Positions 47,275 to 60,201 of a DNA stretch of 64,000 nt are shown piece by piece. The translations under genes were made by a program, and so were the position numbers. Under the pieces are notes generated by a model. The model made no database searches and was not told where the DNA came from. It saw only the letters and a list, made by a program, of their open reading frames with translations. How positions within the stretch are numbered: position 1 is the stretch's first letter; every line of letters starts with the position of its first letter. The stretch is from Phoronis australis (Eukaryota > Animalia > Phoronida), in NCBI GenBank assembly GCA_002633005.1, contig NMRA01000094.1:584597-648596 (forward strand), read 5' to 3'.

Positions 47275-49489
47275 TTACAATGAATCTCTTACTCACTCCT
47301 AGCTATGTGTACTTCGTTTACACTGATTACTAAGAACGTTATTTACTAGTCAGTAATGTTTTGCCTGGTCAGGGCAACAATGACATAAGGTAACTTTCAC
47401 TTGAGGCTGACTTCTATCTGATCTCATTAGCTAAATTCCGTCTGTTCTAAGCTTGACACATATACGGGTAGAAATGTTTGGACCATCTCTGGACTCGCCT
47501 GTGCCAGAATGTAGCATGTATGTAATGAATGGTTAGTTGAATATTACTTAAAGCTGCATTCCATCGCTGTGAAGCTGTCAAAGGTGAATTCTTAATGGAA
47601 GCATTTTGAGGCTTAAAAACATTACCTCTCTTACCCGATTTTGATTTGTTGCCAAATGAGCAGGCAACTAAATCACAGGCAATGTATACTCGGGGAAATT
47701 TTTTAATCCACCTTTTTAGGGTTGGGGAAGACCAATAATCTCTGAAATGTTTTCTTTTTAGTAATGGAAATATAATCGTGTCATGTTAAACAATGCGAAA
47801 TTTTGTTCTATATATTACATCACCTTTTACACCAGAATTTACTTCGGTTTTCATCCCTCAGGAATGTCACAAATCAGGAGCAGTATTATTCTTATTCTGT
47901 GGAAATCTCTTGATCATTTTCCAGAACATGCTAGCGGTTTATCGATTGACATTAATTCTGCACGGTTTGTTACAGATCTTTAAAATCCATTGAGATTTTG
48001 TCTTTTGGTCTGAAAGAGACAGCATCAACTAGTCTGTCAAAACAATGATATATGCCCAGGTCATTTCTGTTTGCTGTGTGTAATTAATTGAGCTGTGACC
48101 TGAAAGAATCTGGCTGGTGAAATAACTGTTTTTTACCATTGTCAGATACCACACTGTCTGAAAACTTTCAGTAGATTAATAGAGAATCCTACACCAGTCT
48201 CAGTTTTATGACATAGGCAAAACCTTGTGGAAATTTTATCAAAATCCCAGGGCTTGCTGTAAAAACGATCTTTTTGCTAAAAAACAAAAGGTATCTATAA
48301 CTTTCAACCACATGACGCAACTTTTATAAAAGCAAGCTTGCACAATGTAAGGACAACTCAGTTACCTTTTGCATTTAGCTTTCCTAACAAATGTTTAAGT
48401 TAGAATCTAATACTCTTTGAATTTGTTAATAAAATTTAAATGTTATAAATAACAGTCAACAGGGCTTCCCCACACCATGAGTGACCTTGAGACAGCACAG
48501 CTAGGCGTCTCAATACGTAATTTCTTGAGTTGGGGTTTATCTCTGTTTGAATGAGCGTGGATATGGAATTCTGCCGAAGATGTGTCCGTTGCTTGCATTT
48601 CCTTCCGACCGGGAGTGTGTGCAGTTGCGACACCCGATTTGTCAATCATAACCTTGACCTTCATGGAATTCTTGCATTGTTTGGTTGGCGCGCATTTGGT
48701 TGTTGGTATTAGTATTTTGCAGACAATAAAATGTAAGGTGTATGTATTTCTACTTTGCACTACTTTGTGAGTTGCCTATGTAATATCAAAAATTACGCAC
48801 TTGGTGTTATTAACCAGTTGTGTCATTCTAGTTCATGGGAGAAAATGTTTTGAGGCATTTGTGAACTTGTAAGTTGTCAGTGCACTTAGGTTAAAATTGT
48901 ATGAAACAAATTTTTGAAACAAAGCAATTTAATCAAACTTATTCTATATACGGTAATTTTTGCAAAATACATAAAATTTATTGCACAATTTTCAAGTTGA
49001 ATTGTTGAATTTGTGATGGTGCTTCAAATCTATTTAAGACTTTTATCTCATAACTTTCGTCCTTAAGATCCATGTTGAACTGTTCCCACTCCTTTCAGTC
49101 TACATGCAGTACTTTTGTGTAACAATTTTAATAGTGTTTTGAACGATAACCACGTCTTGCATGTTTACGATCTATGTGACAGTTAAAAATCAACTTTTTC
49201 GGCATTTTCTTGTTCAAAACTGACCGTTTAATAATGGCTAACGGGTGGGCGGACCTCATCAGGAGTTCATTGTCTGAACTAACACAGACTTGTGACATTC
49301 ATGAAACTATTTCTGCCATCTACACAGCATGGCAGTAAGATATAAAATTTTCTTAATCTTTATTTTTGTGAAGAAATTAGACGAAGAAACAGTGGAATTT
49401 CACCAATCGGCCATCTTGTGTGCCAAATATGTGATAAATTGCCATATACACGAAAGGATGAAGAAGGAAAAATGCACGTCACTGTGGTG

Positions 49490-49848
49490 CAGGGTACTTA
49501 ACATCTGTCACCGTGGCATGGCAGTGATGACAGGTACAGGGTTACATCTGTCACCGTGGCGTGGCATTGATGACAGGTACAGGGTTACATCAGTCACCGT
49601 GGTGTGGCAGTGATGACAGGAACAGGGTTACATCTGTAACCGTGGCATGGCAGTGATGACAGGAACAGGGTTACATCTGTCCCTGTGGCATGGCAGTGAT
49701 GACAGGAACAGGGTTACATCTGTCACCGTGGCATGGCAGTGATGACAGGTACAGGGTTACATCTGTCCCTGTAGCATGGCAGTGAAGACAGGAACAGGGT
49801 TACATCTGTCCCTGTGGCGTGGCAGTTAGGAACAGGGTTACATCAGTC
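49490..49848. repeat. 43-bp minisatellite x~8
   Basis: cagggttacatctgtcaccgtggcatggcagtgatgacagg(t/a)a. Confidence 0.95.
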
Positions 49849-51870
49849 ATTCTAAGCCAATAAAGCACTTGAGTCATTTTTCGTGCAGTAAAATATGAAT
49901 GAAAATGTCACATTCTTAGGAGCTTGAAAAGCGAATAGAACGCAGGATAGGATGATTTTGAAATATGTCTAAGGCCATATTGTTGCGTGGTTTTACTGTG
50001 TAACATATAGGTAGTGAAAAATAGATGTGGGGAAATCTTGGTGGAATTATTTGACAAGTGATTAACTAATTTAAGAGAACAACAGACCGATGCATCAACT
50101 TGCGCTTTCATGCAGTATTCCTGGAGGCTTGCTTTTGAACCGTCTTGGGAGTCTGTCATCAGCCTGTGAGTTTTGGTTAGCTGATATAAGATTTTTTATT
50201 TTGACAATTTGAGAACATTTGCTACAATGCGATAATTATCAAAACATTAGCAACTATTAGCGAGGACATTGTCCTTTAAATGTGGGCGATAGCAGTGGCC
50301 GCTGGCCACAACTTCAATGAGCCTGAAGTTGACCTTTCATATTGCACCGCAGCCTTGATGCTCTGCAGCTAAAGTGTTAAATCCACATGTTTACTGCTAA
50401 ATTGAGGACGTAGTTAACCGTTAATATTGACTGCAATTCCCTAAAACATCCACAAATCAACATTAGAATGAAATGGCATATAAAGAGTTATAAAATTGGT
50501 CTCTAAATATTCCTGGACTGGAGATAAACCCGCGGTTTGTTATTGTTTGAGATCAGGCTCAATAAAGTGACTTGACATGTTTTTCATTGCTATGCACACA
50601 ACATGGCATCAAGCTGTAATGAATTGCAAGTTCTTTTCAAGCCTACATATTGTTTCTAAATTATCATATTTTTTTGTTTTTTGACATTGCATACCAGGAA
50701 TTTCCACCAATATATAACTTTGCTTACCAGGGATTTCCACCAACATAAAACTCATGGGGCTCTTTCGGATACATTAAGTTTGAAAAAGCTCAAGTGGCGC
50801 TTTTTCATTTTGAATTGCTGTGACATGGAAAAATGGGAAGATGTATTTCTCTTAAGATGACGATCAAGTTTATTCATGCTGATCACTAGTGAACAGGAGT
50901 GCCGCCAGAGTTCTGTTATAGTAACCAAACTGGATACAAAGTGAAATCTTTCATTTTGGGCTGGAATATGTGAGTCCACATGGGGTAATAAAACAGTTAT
51001 CTTCTTAGCCAGGACCATAAACCTTTTGTTAAGCTGTGTTTAATTATGTAGTCCAACTGGGACAGTTGTATACTAAGAGCAGGGTTCACAAAGAACTGGT
51101 TTCAGTGACCTTTATGTCAATTTTAAAAGGCTTACTCAGTGTGAGAATAACATGCATGATTTATGACTGTCCGCAAAATTCTAACCCAACCTTTGGACTA
51201 GATCCCCTCCAAGCTCAAAATGTTCTATCTATGGCTGAATGAGGGTGCTGTAAGCAGTGATACAAGTTTGTGAAAGAGCCCCTTCCACGGTAGGGCCTTT
51301 TAGCTTAAGATTTCATATGTGAACACTGATGTGACGTATTTAAAACACTGTTGTGCGTTGACAGTTCTTAGTATGAGTGAAGAAGATGTTGAGAACAGTT
51401 TTCAACAATACCTGGTCTAAGTTATAAATTATTTAGTCTTTCATGGCTGAAGGCGTGCTTGAAGTAGCATTATGTGCATCCTGGAGAAATGTCCAAATTT
51501 TTCTAACTTCGGACAGTATCTCAGAGATAACCGTGCATGTGAACTAAAACGTAAAGGTGCTGTATAAAATGACAATGAAATAATATTTTAGAAAACTATA
51601 ACTGTTTATGAGGTCTCAAATAGATATTGTTTTGTTGTTAATGTGTCTTTCATTTTTGCTAAATGTTTCTTAAAAGGCATTGTCACATGACCCAATAAAT
51701 GGCAGATTGGCAAAAATTCCAGTATCAAATTCTGCAAGCCTTCTACTTTCATAAAATACATACTTTTACTGAGTTAAAATTTAGTTTTGTAGATGTTTGT
51801 CAAAATACACAATCTTGTCATAAGGTCCTACATAAACTAAAGTTTATATTGTTTATTGCTTTCATAAATT

Positions 51871-52073
51871 CATTGCAGCCATCTTACAAATACACTGCAG
51901 CCTTCTTACAAATACACTGCAGCCTTCTTACAAATACACTGCAGCCATCTTACAAATACACTGCAGCCATCTTACAAATACACTGCAGCCATCTTACAAA
52001 TACACTGCAGCCATCTTACAAATACGATGTTAAGCCATCTTACAAATACGATGTTAAGCCATCTTACATATAC
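51871..52073. repeat. 22-bp minisatellite switching to a 24-bp variant
   Basis: cactgcagccatcttacaaata, then cgatgttaagccatcttacaaata. Confidence 0.95.
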
Positions 52074-52268
52074 ATGGTTATGTTTTTCTTACTACGTAAC
52101 ATACCCTGTTATTTTATTCTGTATTATGTTTATACCACATAACCGAACTAAGAAGTACATAAAATATGTTCCTTGAGACAGAACACTACTGCTTCATTAC
52201 AGTAAATCAGCGATCCCTACTACTACACATTTCTTGTCAAAACTACAGGACTACGGATGGCTCAAATA

Positions 52269-53948
52269 CCGTAAACGTTCGGGTTAACGCCCTGGGCGGT
52301 TAAATTGGCAAACCCAAAAAATCGAGGGTGGGCGGTTAACCAGACATGGGCGCTTAAACGTGAAACTTCAAAAAATCCAGGGTGGGCGGTTAACCGAACA
52401 CGGGCGCTTATTACGACAGGCAAGCGCCCTGGGCGGTTAATCTTACCTCGTGATCTAAGTACCCACACCACACACGTAGTCGTAGGCCTACTCGGAACGC
52501 GTAGCACTTTTCAAAGTGGCGTTATCGTCATGTCGCCACATGACGGGAAAAATGTCATAACAGCGGATGATCCTAACAAAGGTTATCATGCCTTCAGATT
52601 AGTTATTCACTATTGAATTTACAGAATTGCTGAGTAATAGCCCCGTGCCGTCGTGCGGTCTTGTTATTTAGCCCTGTAGCCTGTAGTGTAGAGCGCAGAC
52701 GACCAGTGACCACGCAGCCTCTACTTGGATTGCAACTATTTCATCTTGCTAAAGTGCGCGCGTGCAAGCTTCACGTGTTGCAGAGGTCATAGCAGACATC
52801 AGATTTATGGTTACAGTCTCGTACTAGCTGCCAAGTTCATAGTCAGAGAGCAGTTTTAAAATTGGTTGTAATAAAAGTTTGAAAACCTTGATTCAGATGT
52901 TTTTTTGTGTTTGGGATGTTTATAGTCAACACACCGTGACTCAATGACATTTTCAGCGTATGGTTCTGTGGCTTGCTGTTTTATCTCGACTGCCCGGCAT
53001 TGCTCACTTGCCGTTGCGCCAAACATGCTCGGCAAAGAAGTAGGCCCAAGACAAGAATCGGGGTTAAGCGGNNNNNNNNNNNNNNNNNNNNNNNNNNNNN
53101 NNNNNNNNNNNNNNNNNNNNNNNNNNNNNNNNNNNNNNNNNNNNNNNNNNNNNNNNNNNNNNNNNNNNNNNNNNNNNNNNNNNNNNNNNNNNNNNNNNNN
53201 NNNNNNNNNNNNNNNNNNNNNNNNNNNNNNNNNNNNNNNNNNNNNNNNNNNNNNNNNNNNNNNNNNNNNNNNNNNTTTTTTATGGCCAAAGATAGCGGCG
53301 GGATTCAGCACGCGCGTAGGGCCTACGTGCGACTCACCTGTCAATAACATGTTGGTGTCAAGGTAACATGCACTCGAAAGTGTGGGAACTTGCGCGCGTG
53401 CACCACTACAAAGTCACACATCAAAAGAGAATAGCGACAGTTCTAAGTAACAGAAACGGGCGTGACTATATACTTTTAACCATTGTCTCATTTCTCTGGC
53501 CTGATTTTTTCGAATATATGTTTTATCAAGTGCACTGCAGACAAAAACTCAGTGCGGCAGACAAAGTCGCTGAAAGCGGAGGTTTTGACGCCGGCAGCGT
53601 TCTTAAACTTTGCAAACATGGGAAGAAAATAAAGTGACAAAAACGTTCAAGTATTATATTTTGAAGTGAGTCCATGACCCATGACAATAACTCGTTACTT
53701 GTATAATTGCAATTCACATTGCTAAACCACCGTCTCGGAGGCCCAGCGTCGTAGCGCTCATTGTGATCATCGATCTTTTTCTAAAAGTCGGGGAATCGCG
53801 CGTTTCCTTAGCACTTTGCGCTAAATCTTCATTCTTTAAAAGTCAGGGATGGGCGCTTAACCGAGCAGTGGGCGGTTAAATCGAAAATCAACCTAAAGTA
53901 GGGGGTGGGCGGTTAACTGAGCATGGGCGTTAACCCGAACGTTTACGG
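52269..53948. mobile_element. Non-autonomous Tc1/mariner (pogo-like) DNA transposon containing an assembly gap
   Basis: TA|ccgtaaacgttcgggttaacgccc ... gggcgttaacccgaacgtttacgg|TA; repeated subterminal tgggcggttaa motifs. Confidence 0.85.
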
Positions 53949-54109
53949 TAATATGCACAGTCGCTGCATTTAAGAGAGAAAAACATGGTCTGAAGTATTG
54001 TTGACAGTAAAAAATCATTGGTCGAAAACACTGAAAATTCTGCAAAACTACTGATAATATTCTGCAGGACTACTCTAAACTTAATTTTGGGCTAGGCATC
54101 ACGATCTGG

Positions 54110-54395
54110 GTATATCCATAGAACACTGCTGCCTCATTATGGTACATCCATGAATTATTATCTCATGGTACATTCATAGACCTGTCGGTGACTACCGTCT
54201 CATGGTACATTCATGGAACTGTCGGTGACTACCGTCTCATGGTACATTCATGGAACTGTCGGTGACTACCGTCTCATTATGGTACATTCATGGAACTGTC
54301 GGTGACTACCGTCTCATTATGGTACATTCATGGAACTGTCGGTGACTACCGTCTCATTATGGTACATCTGTGGAACACTACTGCCTCATTATGGT
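54110..54395. repeat. 37-40-bp minisatellite
   Basis: ggtacattcatggaactgtcggtgactaccgtctcat(tat). Confidence 0.9.
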
Positions 54396-54599
54396 TCATC
54401 GATATCCGAATTGACATGGCCTTAGAAAGCATTTGTTCTCAACTTGACAGTCATTTAATTAATTCTGCTTATTAAGGGTGTCTTGTATAGCTGAAGAACA
54501 GTCTGGGTAAATTTCTATGTTATGTGTAGAACATCTCGGAATAACAGAAGCAAGACTTGTTCACAGAAAACGACAAAAAAGAAATGAAAGCAGTTGGAG

Positions 54600-57500
54600 G
54601 AGCGACACTTGGCGAGATTCACTGAACAGACGACAATGGAGATAACGATGACAATGACGATGATGGTGACGATGATGATGAACATGATGATGAAAATCAT
54701 ATGACGAATAAAGATGTCAGAAATGAGTAAGAAATAGTCTTGTTCTATAGAAAGTAAACCAACAAAAGTGCAGCAAAATCAGTAAATAAAGAAACAGCAT
54801 CATCAGAAATTCCAATTCAAAAACAAGACATCATAATGAAAAACATCTTTGAAAGCCCGTTCAAAACTGTTTTTAACAGATTAGTTTCACAAAATCATAC
54901 TAAACAAATTTTTAGAAAATTTTCAAATTTTGCATTTTTTGAAATTGAAAGTTAACTCAAAAGCACTAAGTCTGAGAAAAAATTGTCACAGTTCATTTGA
55001 AAGAGTATATCTTAGAAAATCCATGTGCAAAAATTCACGTCATGTGCTCTTCTTGTTCAAAATGGCAACCCAGCACGATTGAAAATTGATGAAAATGCAT
55101 CGGATCTGCCATTTTGAAAACAACTTCCGATTAAGGAGTACTTAATGATAGGTAGGTACAGGAAATTGACATATGAAACATTACAAAGCAATGTAGACCA
55201 GAGTTAAGTCAATATGAAAGGGCCTTTTGAGCATTTGATTCTGAATTCAAAATTAAAATTTCTGCCATGTCCGCCATCTTGAGTCCGATCATGACGGAAT
55301 CCAATAGGCTTCCAGCACTTCTGAAACTATAGGTAGAGTGCGAACAATTAAGCAAAAAAAAATTGACGTCAGAGCAATATAGTTGGCGAAAATATTTTGC
55401 CCAAGTAATGCAATTGCTCGAAGGAAATTGACTGAAAAGACGACGTTCAGGAGATGAAGATGAGAAAGACGATGATGATGGTGGCGATGATGGAAATGAT
55501 GATAATCATATTACGAATGAAGATTTCAGAAATTAGTACAAAATATAGTCTCGGCTCGTTCAATAGAAGGTAGACTAATAAAAGTGCTGCAAAAATCAAT
55601 CAAATAAAAGGAACAGCGTCAACAGAAAGTCACGAATTCGAAAACGAGACGTTCCTAAGCGAAAAATGGAAAACATCTTCAGAAATCCCGTTCAATACTC
55701 TTTCTAACAGATTAGTTTCACAAAATTCCTACAAAATATTTCTAAATTTCAAATTTTGCATTGTTTATGCGCCCACATCTGTCTGGCATCTGCTACTCTA
55801 TCTCTGCATGTGTTCCTTTTATGGACAAATTGACAGCATGAGTGAACTTTCTGATGGATCCGACTTCGGGTGTGCCCCTTAGTGCCAATTCTAGTTTTTT
55901 ACGTTTACCTCTCTATCTTCAAAGGTCCTCTACAGATTTTTTAAAATTTGGCATTATAGACATGTATTATAGAGATGATGCTTATCCTCCTGTTTTCGGA
56001 TGGATCCAAGGTACTTTGTGCCACCTAGTGGACATTTTAGTTTTCTTACGTTTACCTCTGTATCTTCAAAGGTGTTGCACAGATTATCATAAAATTTGGA
56101 ATATAGTTATCTATTGGTGAGATGATGCTATACTCTCGTTTTCAGATGGATTTGAGGTATTTTGCGCCACCTAGTGGCCATTTTTGCTGTCTTCGAGTCT
56201 GTTTTTTGGCGTCCGTCCCTCTATCAACCAAACCACTCCAAGGATGGTTGTGAAAAATGTCATGTATGTTCTTACTAGGAATAGAACGGCTGATGATGAT
56301 TTTCCGACGACTTCGACTTCTGTGGCACCTCCTAGTGGCAGTTTTGCTTTTTGCGCTCATGGCTGTATCTCCTAAACCCTTTGAAGGATCTTTACAAAAT
56401 TTAGCAAATGTATTTACATGACATTGACAACAGACGACGACGACTTTTAAATGGATCTCACTACCGGTGTGCCCCCCAGTGGAAATTTTGTTCTTTTCCA
56501 TTTACCTCCACAGATTTTCATTTCTTTTGAATATATGTATCTATTGGTGAGATGATGCTATCCTTCCGTGGTGGGCATTTTTGTTCTTTTAGTGAGTCTG
56601 TTTTTTTGCGTCTGGCCCTCTATCAGCCAAACCATTCTATTAGGATGATTTTGAAAATTGGCGTATATGTTCTCAGTGTGAAGAGAATGGTTAACGATGA
56701 CAACTTTGACTGATTTGACACCTCCTAGTGGCAGTTTCCCTTTGTTTTGCACTCATAGCTGTATCTCTGAAACCCACTGCAGGAACTTTATTATATTTAG
56801 TAAGTATATTTATATGAAGTGAACAACAGACCACGATGACTTTCAGACAGCTCCGACGAACGCTGTGCCCCCTACCCAGGCAATTTATTATTTTTCCATT
56901 TTCCTTTGTTTCTCTGAAGTTCTTGTACAGATTTTTATGAAATTTAGTTAATAGCTTTCTGAGATGATGACATCCCATTTTTGGTGTATTCAATGTATTT
57001 TGTGCTATCTTGTGGCCATTTTTATGATACAAATTAAACAACCCTATAAGCACACCATTTTTGGTGCATTGGTAGGCGCATTTCAACGCCCTGTGTTGCT
57101 CTTGTTTGAAATTGAAAGTCAAATGGCGAAAAAACAGTAATTCTGAGAAAAAGAATCGTTACATTTCATTTGAAAGAGTATGCCTTAGAGAATCCACATG
57201 CAAAAAATTCACGTCATTTCCTCTTCCCGTTCAAGTGGCACCTCTGAGCGCGATTGAAAATTGATGAAAATGCGTCAGATCCACCATTTTCAAAACAACT
57301 TCCGGTTTAGGAGCACTCGACAATAGTTAGCTGCAGGAAACTAACACATGAAAAATTTCAAAGCAACTGGTCCTACAATGCACCCTCAACAGGACAAAAC
57401 ATTTCCGTCCCAAAATCGAGGTGCTCATGTACTATGGCCAATATTTCCACCATCTTTGACCGGAATGATTTTCAGCATATTTGTAGAACACATCTGGTAC

Positions 57501-57775
57501 ATTAATCATACTGATTTTCAGACATGTGTGTCAAAAATTGCGGCCTCAGTATGAGCATTTGAATCTGAATTTGAAAACAAAATGGCCCCCACGTATGCCA
57601 ACTTGAATCCGATCATGAAGAAATACAATTGGTTTCCATCACTTCCTCAACCAGAGGTTGTGTGTGAATTTTGTGGAAATCGGTCAAAAATATGACCTGC
57701 AGAGTGTGAACAAACAAAAAACAATCTTTATCGCAGAGCAACATTATACTTGGCAAAATAAATCGCCAAGTAATA
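54600..57775 (-). repeat. Diverged tandem duplication of a ~0.8-1 kb unit ((GAT)-rich segment plus a second Helentron-like family)
   Basis: 54620-54940 matches 55450-55763, and 54941-55410 matches 57108-57775. Each unit ends in the palindrome a(c/g)ttggc..aaata....gc(c)caagtaat. Confidence 0.7.
55765..57106 (+). mobile_element. Helentron-type family-1 element inserted in a T-run
   Basis: ttatgcgcccacat ... gtaggcgcatttcaacgccctgtgttgctcttgtt; paralogous empty site at 54931-54950. Confidence 0.8.
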
Positions 57776-58917
57776 TGAAGTTTTCAATGTTATTGTTTGG
57801 TGCTGTATTTAGCTGGTGTCTTTATGCTGTAGTTATTGTTGATACATTGATTCAGCTATGTTGTTCTTTTGAAAATTTAATGAAGGTTATCATTTTAGAA
57901 AGTTTATTCGCCATCTTGACCATCAAGAGTTGTTGAAATTGAGAAAGCCCCATGTTTTGTAGTAGACTCTTCGGGTCTACATATTGAATTGCAGATGATA
58001 TGCTGTTGTGTATGTGATGTCCTCTTATTAGTAATTGACTATGCGGGGGGGGGGGGGGGGGGTNTTATATTAGTAGACAGTAACTATGTGATACCTTGTT
58101 ATACTAATTACCCACAGTGTTGACTGCTCATACCTTAGTGTTGACTGTAGCTATGGCAACACGATTTGTAACTTACTTTTAAATTTTTTTGAGAACTTTA
58201 TTCATAATTAATATCGTGATTTCATCCACAAATCTTTTTGTTTGCAAGCCATTACTTGGACGGTACCATGGTATTTTGTGCATAATGGAGGGGACAGCTC
58301 AATAAATAAATTGTACTTTTCAGATGAACAAACTTAAAATTCAAAACTTTGTGAAACACTCTTGCATAACTGTTCTTAACCAGGGCTTGACGTCAGCGAC
58401 TACTCGCTGGAAAATATGAAAGTTAAATCCTGGTAGGACGCTCGGCAGTTCTTTTTTTTTGGTGTTTTTGGTCGTCACTTTGTACAAATCTAGAAGTACT
58501 AGTGCAGAATATACTGTCACTTGTATTTTCAATCAGGCATTTTCGCCGGTGGTGAGCGCTGTTAATTGTGGAAGTTTCAAAAATATTCATAAAAAACAAA
58601 AGGAATATTGAGCCGTAACAAAGCGGACTTCTTATTGCAAATTTTGTTCTATTGTCAAATTCTATTGAAGTTACTCAGGAAAACCAAGCATATTTATTAC
58701 ATGGGGACTATAAATGCTATCATATGACATTAATGCAAAAAAATTCTTTATTTTGCGTTTTTGGGTAAATCCAGAAAGACTCAGACCCATATGGTGTGGC
58801 AGAGTGGAAGTAACCGGACATTTTTGCTTTATTGACAAATTTGGGCATTTCACCATGAAAACTCATTTTTGCCATTCTGCAGAAATGGATATTGGGAGTT
58901 GTACATTTCACCACTTT

Positions 58918-60201
58918 TTATACGCCCACATATTTATATATGGACGCATTATGCCGTCATCTCTGTCCATCCGTCCGTCTGGGCGGCATCCGTCTGGCGT
59001 CCGCTGCTCTATCTCTTAAACCGTGTGACCTATGTTAATGAAATTATGCACATCACATATGTTCCTTTCATAGATAGGACGCATGTGCGTACTTTCGGAC
59101 GGAACTGGTGCTGTCCCCTTGTGGCAATTTTAGTTTTTTACATGTGCCTCTGTATCTTTCAAGGCATTTTGATAAAATTTGGCATTTCTGCATCTGTTGG
59201 TGAGGTAACGCTCTCCTCTCATTTTCCGATGGATTCGATGTAGTTTGCGCCACCTAGTGGCCATTTTTACTGTTTTTGAGTCTGTTTGTTGGTGCCCAAC
59301 CCTGTATCAACCAAACCGCTTTAAGGATGATTGTGAAAATTGGCATGCATGTTATTATTTTGAAGAGCACAGCTCATGATGATTTTCCGACGTCTTTGTC
59401 TACTGTGGTGCCTCCTAGTAGCAGTTTTGTTTTTTGTCCTCATAGCTGTATCTCCTGAACCGTTTGCAGGATCTGTACTAAATTTAGCAAATGTATTTAT
59501 ACTATGTTGACAACGGACGACCACGACTTTCGGACAGATCTGACTACTGGTGTGCTCCCTAATGGCAATTTTAGTTTTTTACATTTACCTCTGTTCCATA
59601 ACAGATTTTCATAAAATTTGGAAAAAAGGCATCTATTGGTGAGATGACGCTATCCTCCTATTTGCGGGTGAAATCGAGGTATTTTGCGCCACCTTGTGGC
59701 CATTTTTGCTCTTTTTGAGTCCACCTTCTATCAACCAATCCATTCTAAGGATGATTATGAAAATTGGTGTATATGTTCTCAGTGTTAAGAGGACGATTGC
59801 GATGACTTTGACTACTGTGGCGGCTCCTAGTGGTAGTTTTGTTTGTTTTGCGCCCATAGGTGTATGTCCTAAACCCACTGCAGAATCTTTATTAAATTTA
59901 GTAAGGGTAACTATGTGAAGCTAACAACAGACCATGACTTTTAGGTGGATCCAAGGAACGCTGTGCCCCCTAGTTGGCAATTTCATTTTTCCTTTGTTTC
60001 TCCGAAGTTCCTTGACAGATTTTTATGAAATTTGGTATATAGTTTTCTATTAGAGTATTGATGGCAACTCTCATTTTGAGATGTATTGGACATTTTTGCG
60101 CCATCTAGTGGCCATTTTTATGATGCAAATAATCAACCCTAGACGCACCTCATGTGCGGTGCCTTCATGGGTGCATTTCAACGCTCCGCATTGCTCTTGT
60201 T
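58918..60201 (+). mobile_element. Helentron-type family-1 element, complete
   Basis: ttatacgcccacatatttatatatggacgcat, (CCGT)n, tandem core, atgggtgcatttcaacgctccgcattgctcttgtt. Confidence 0.8.

Noticed and set aside
54600-54730. Acidic Asp-rich reading frame (also 55450-55530)
   Set aside because: Low-complexity (GAT)n tract in a duplicated repeat, with stops nearby and no splice support.
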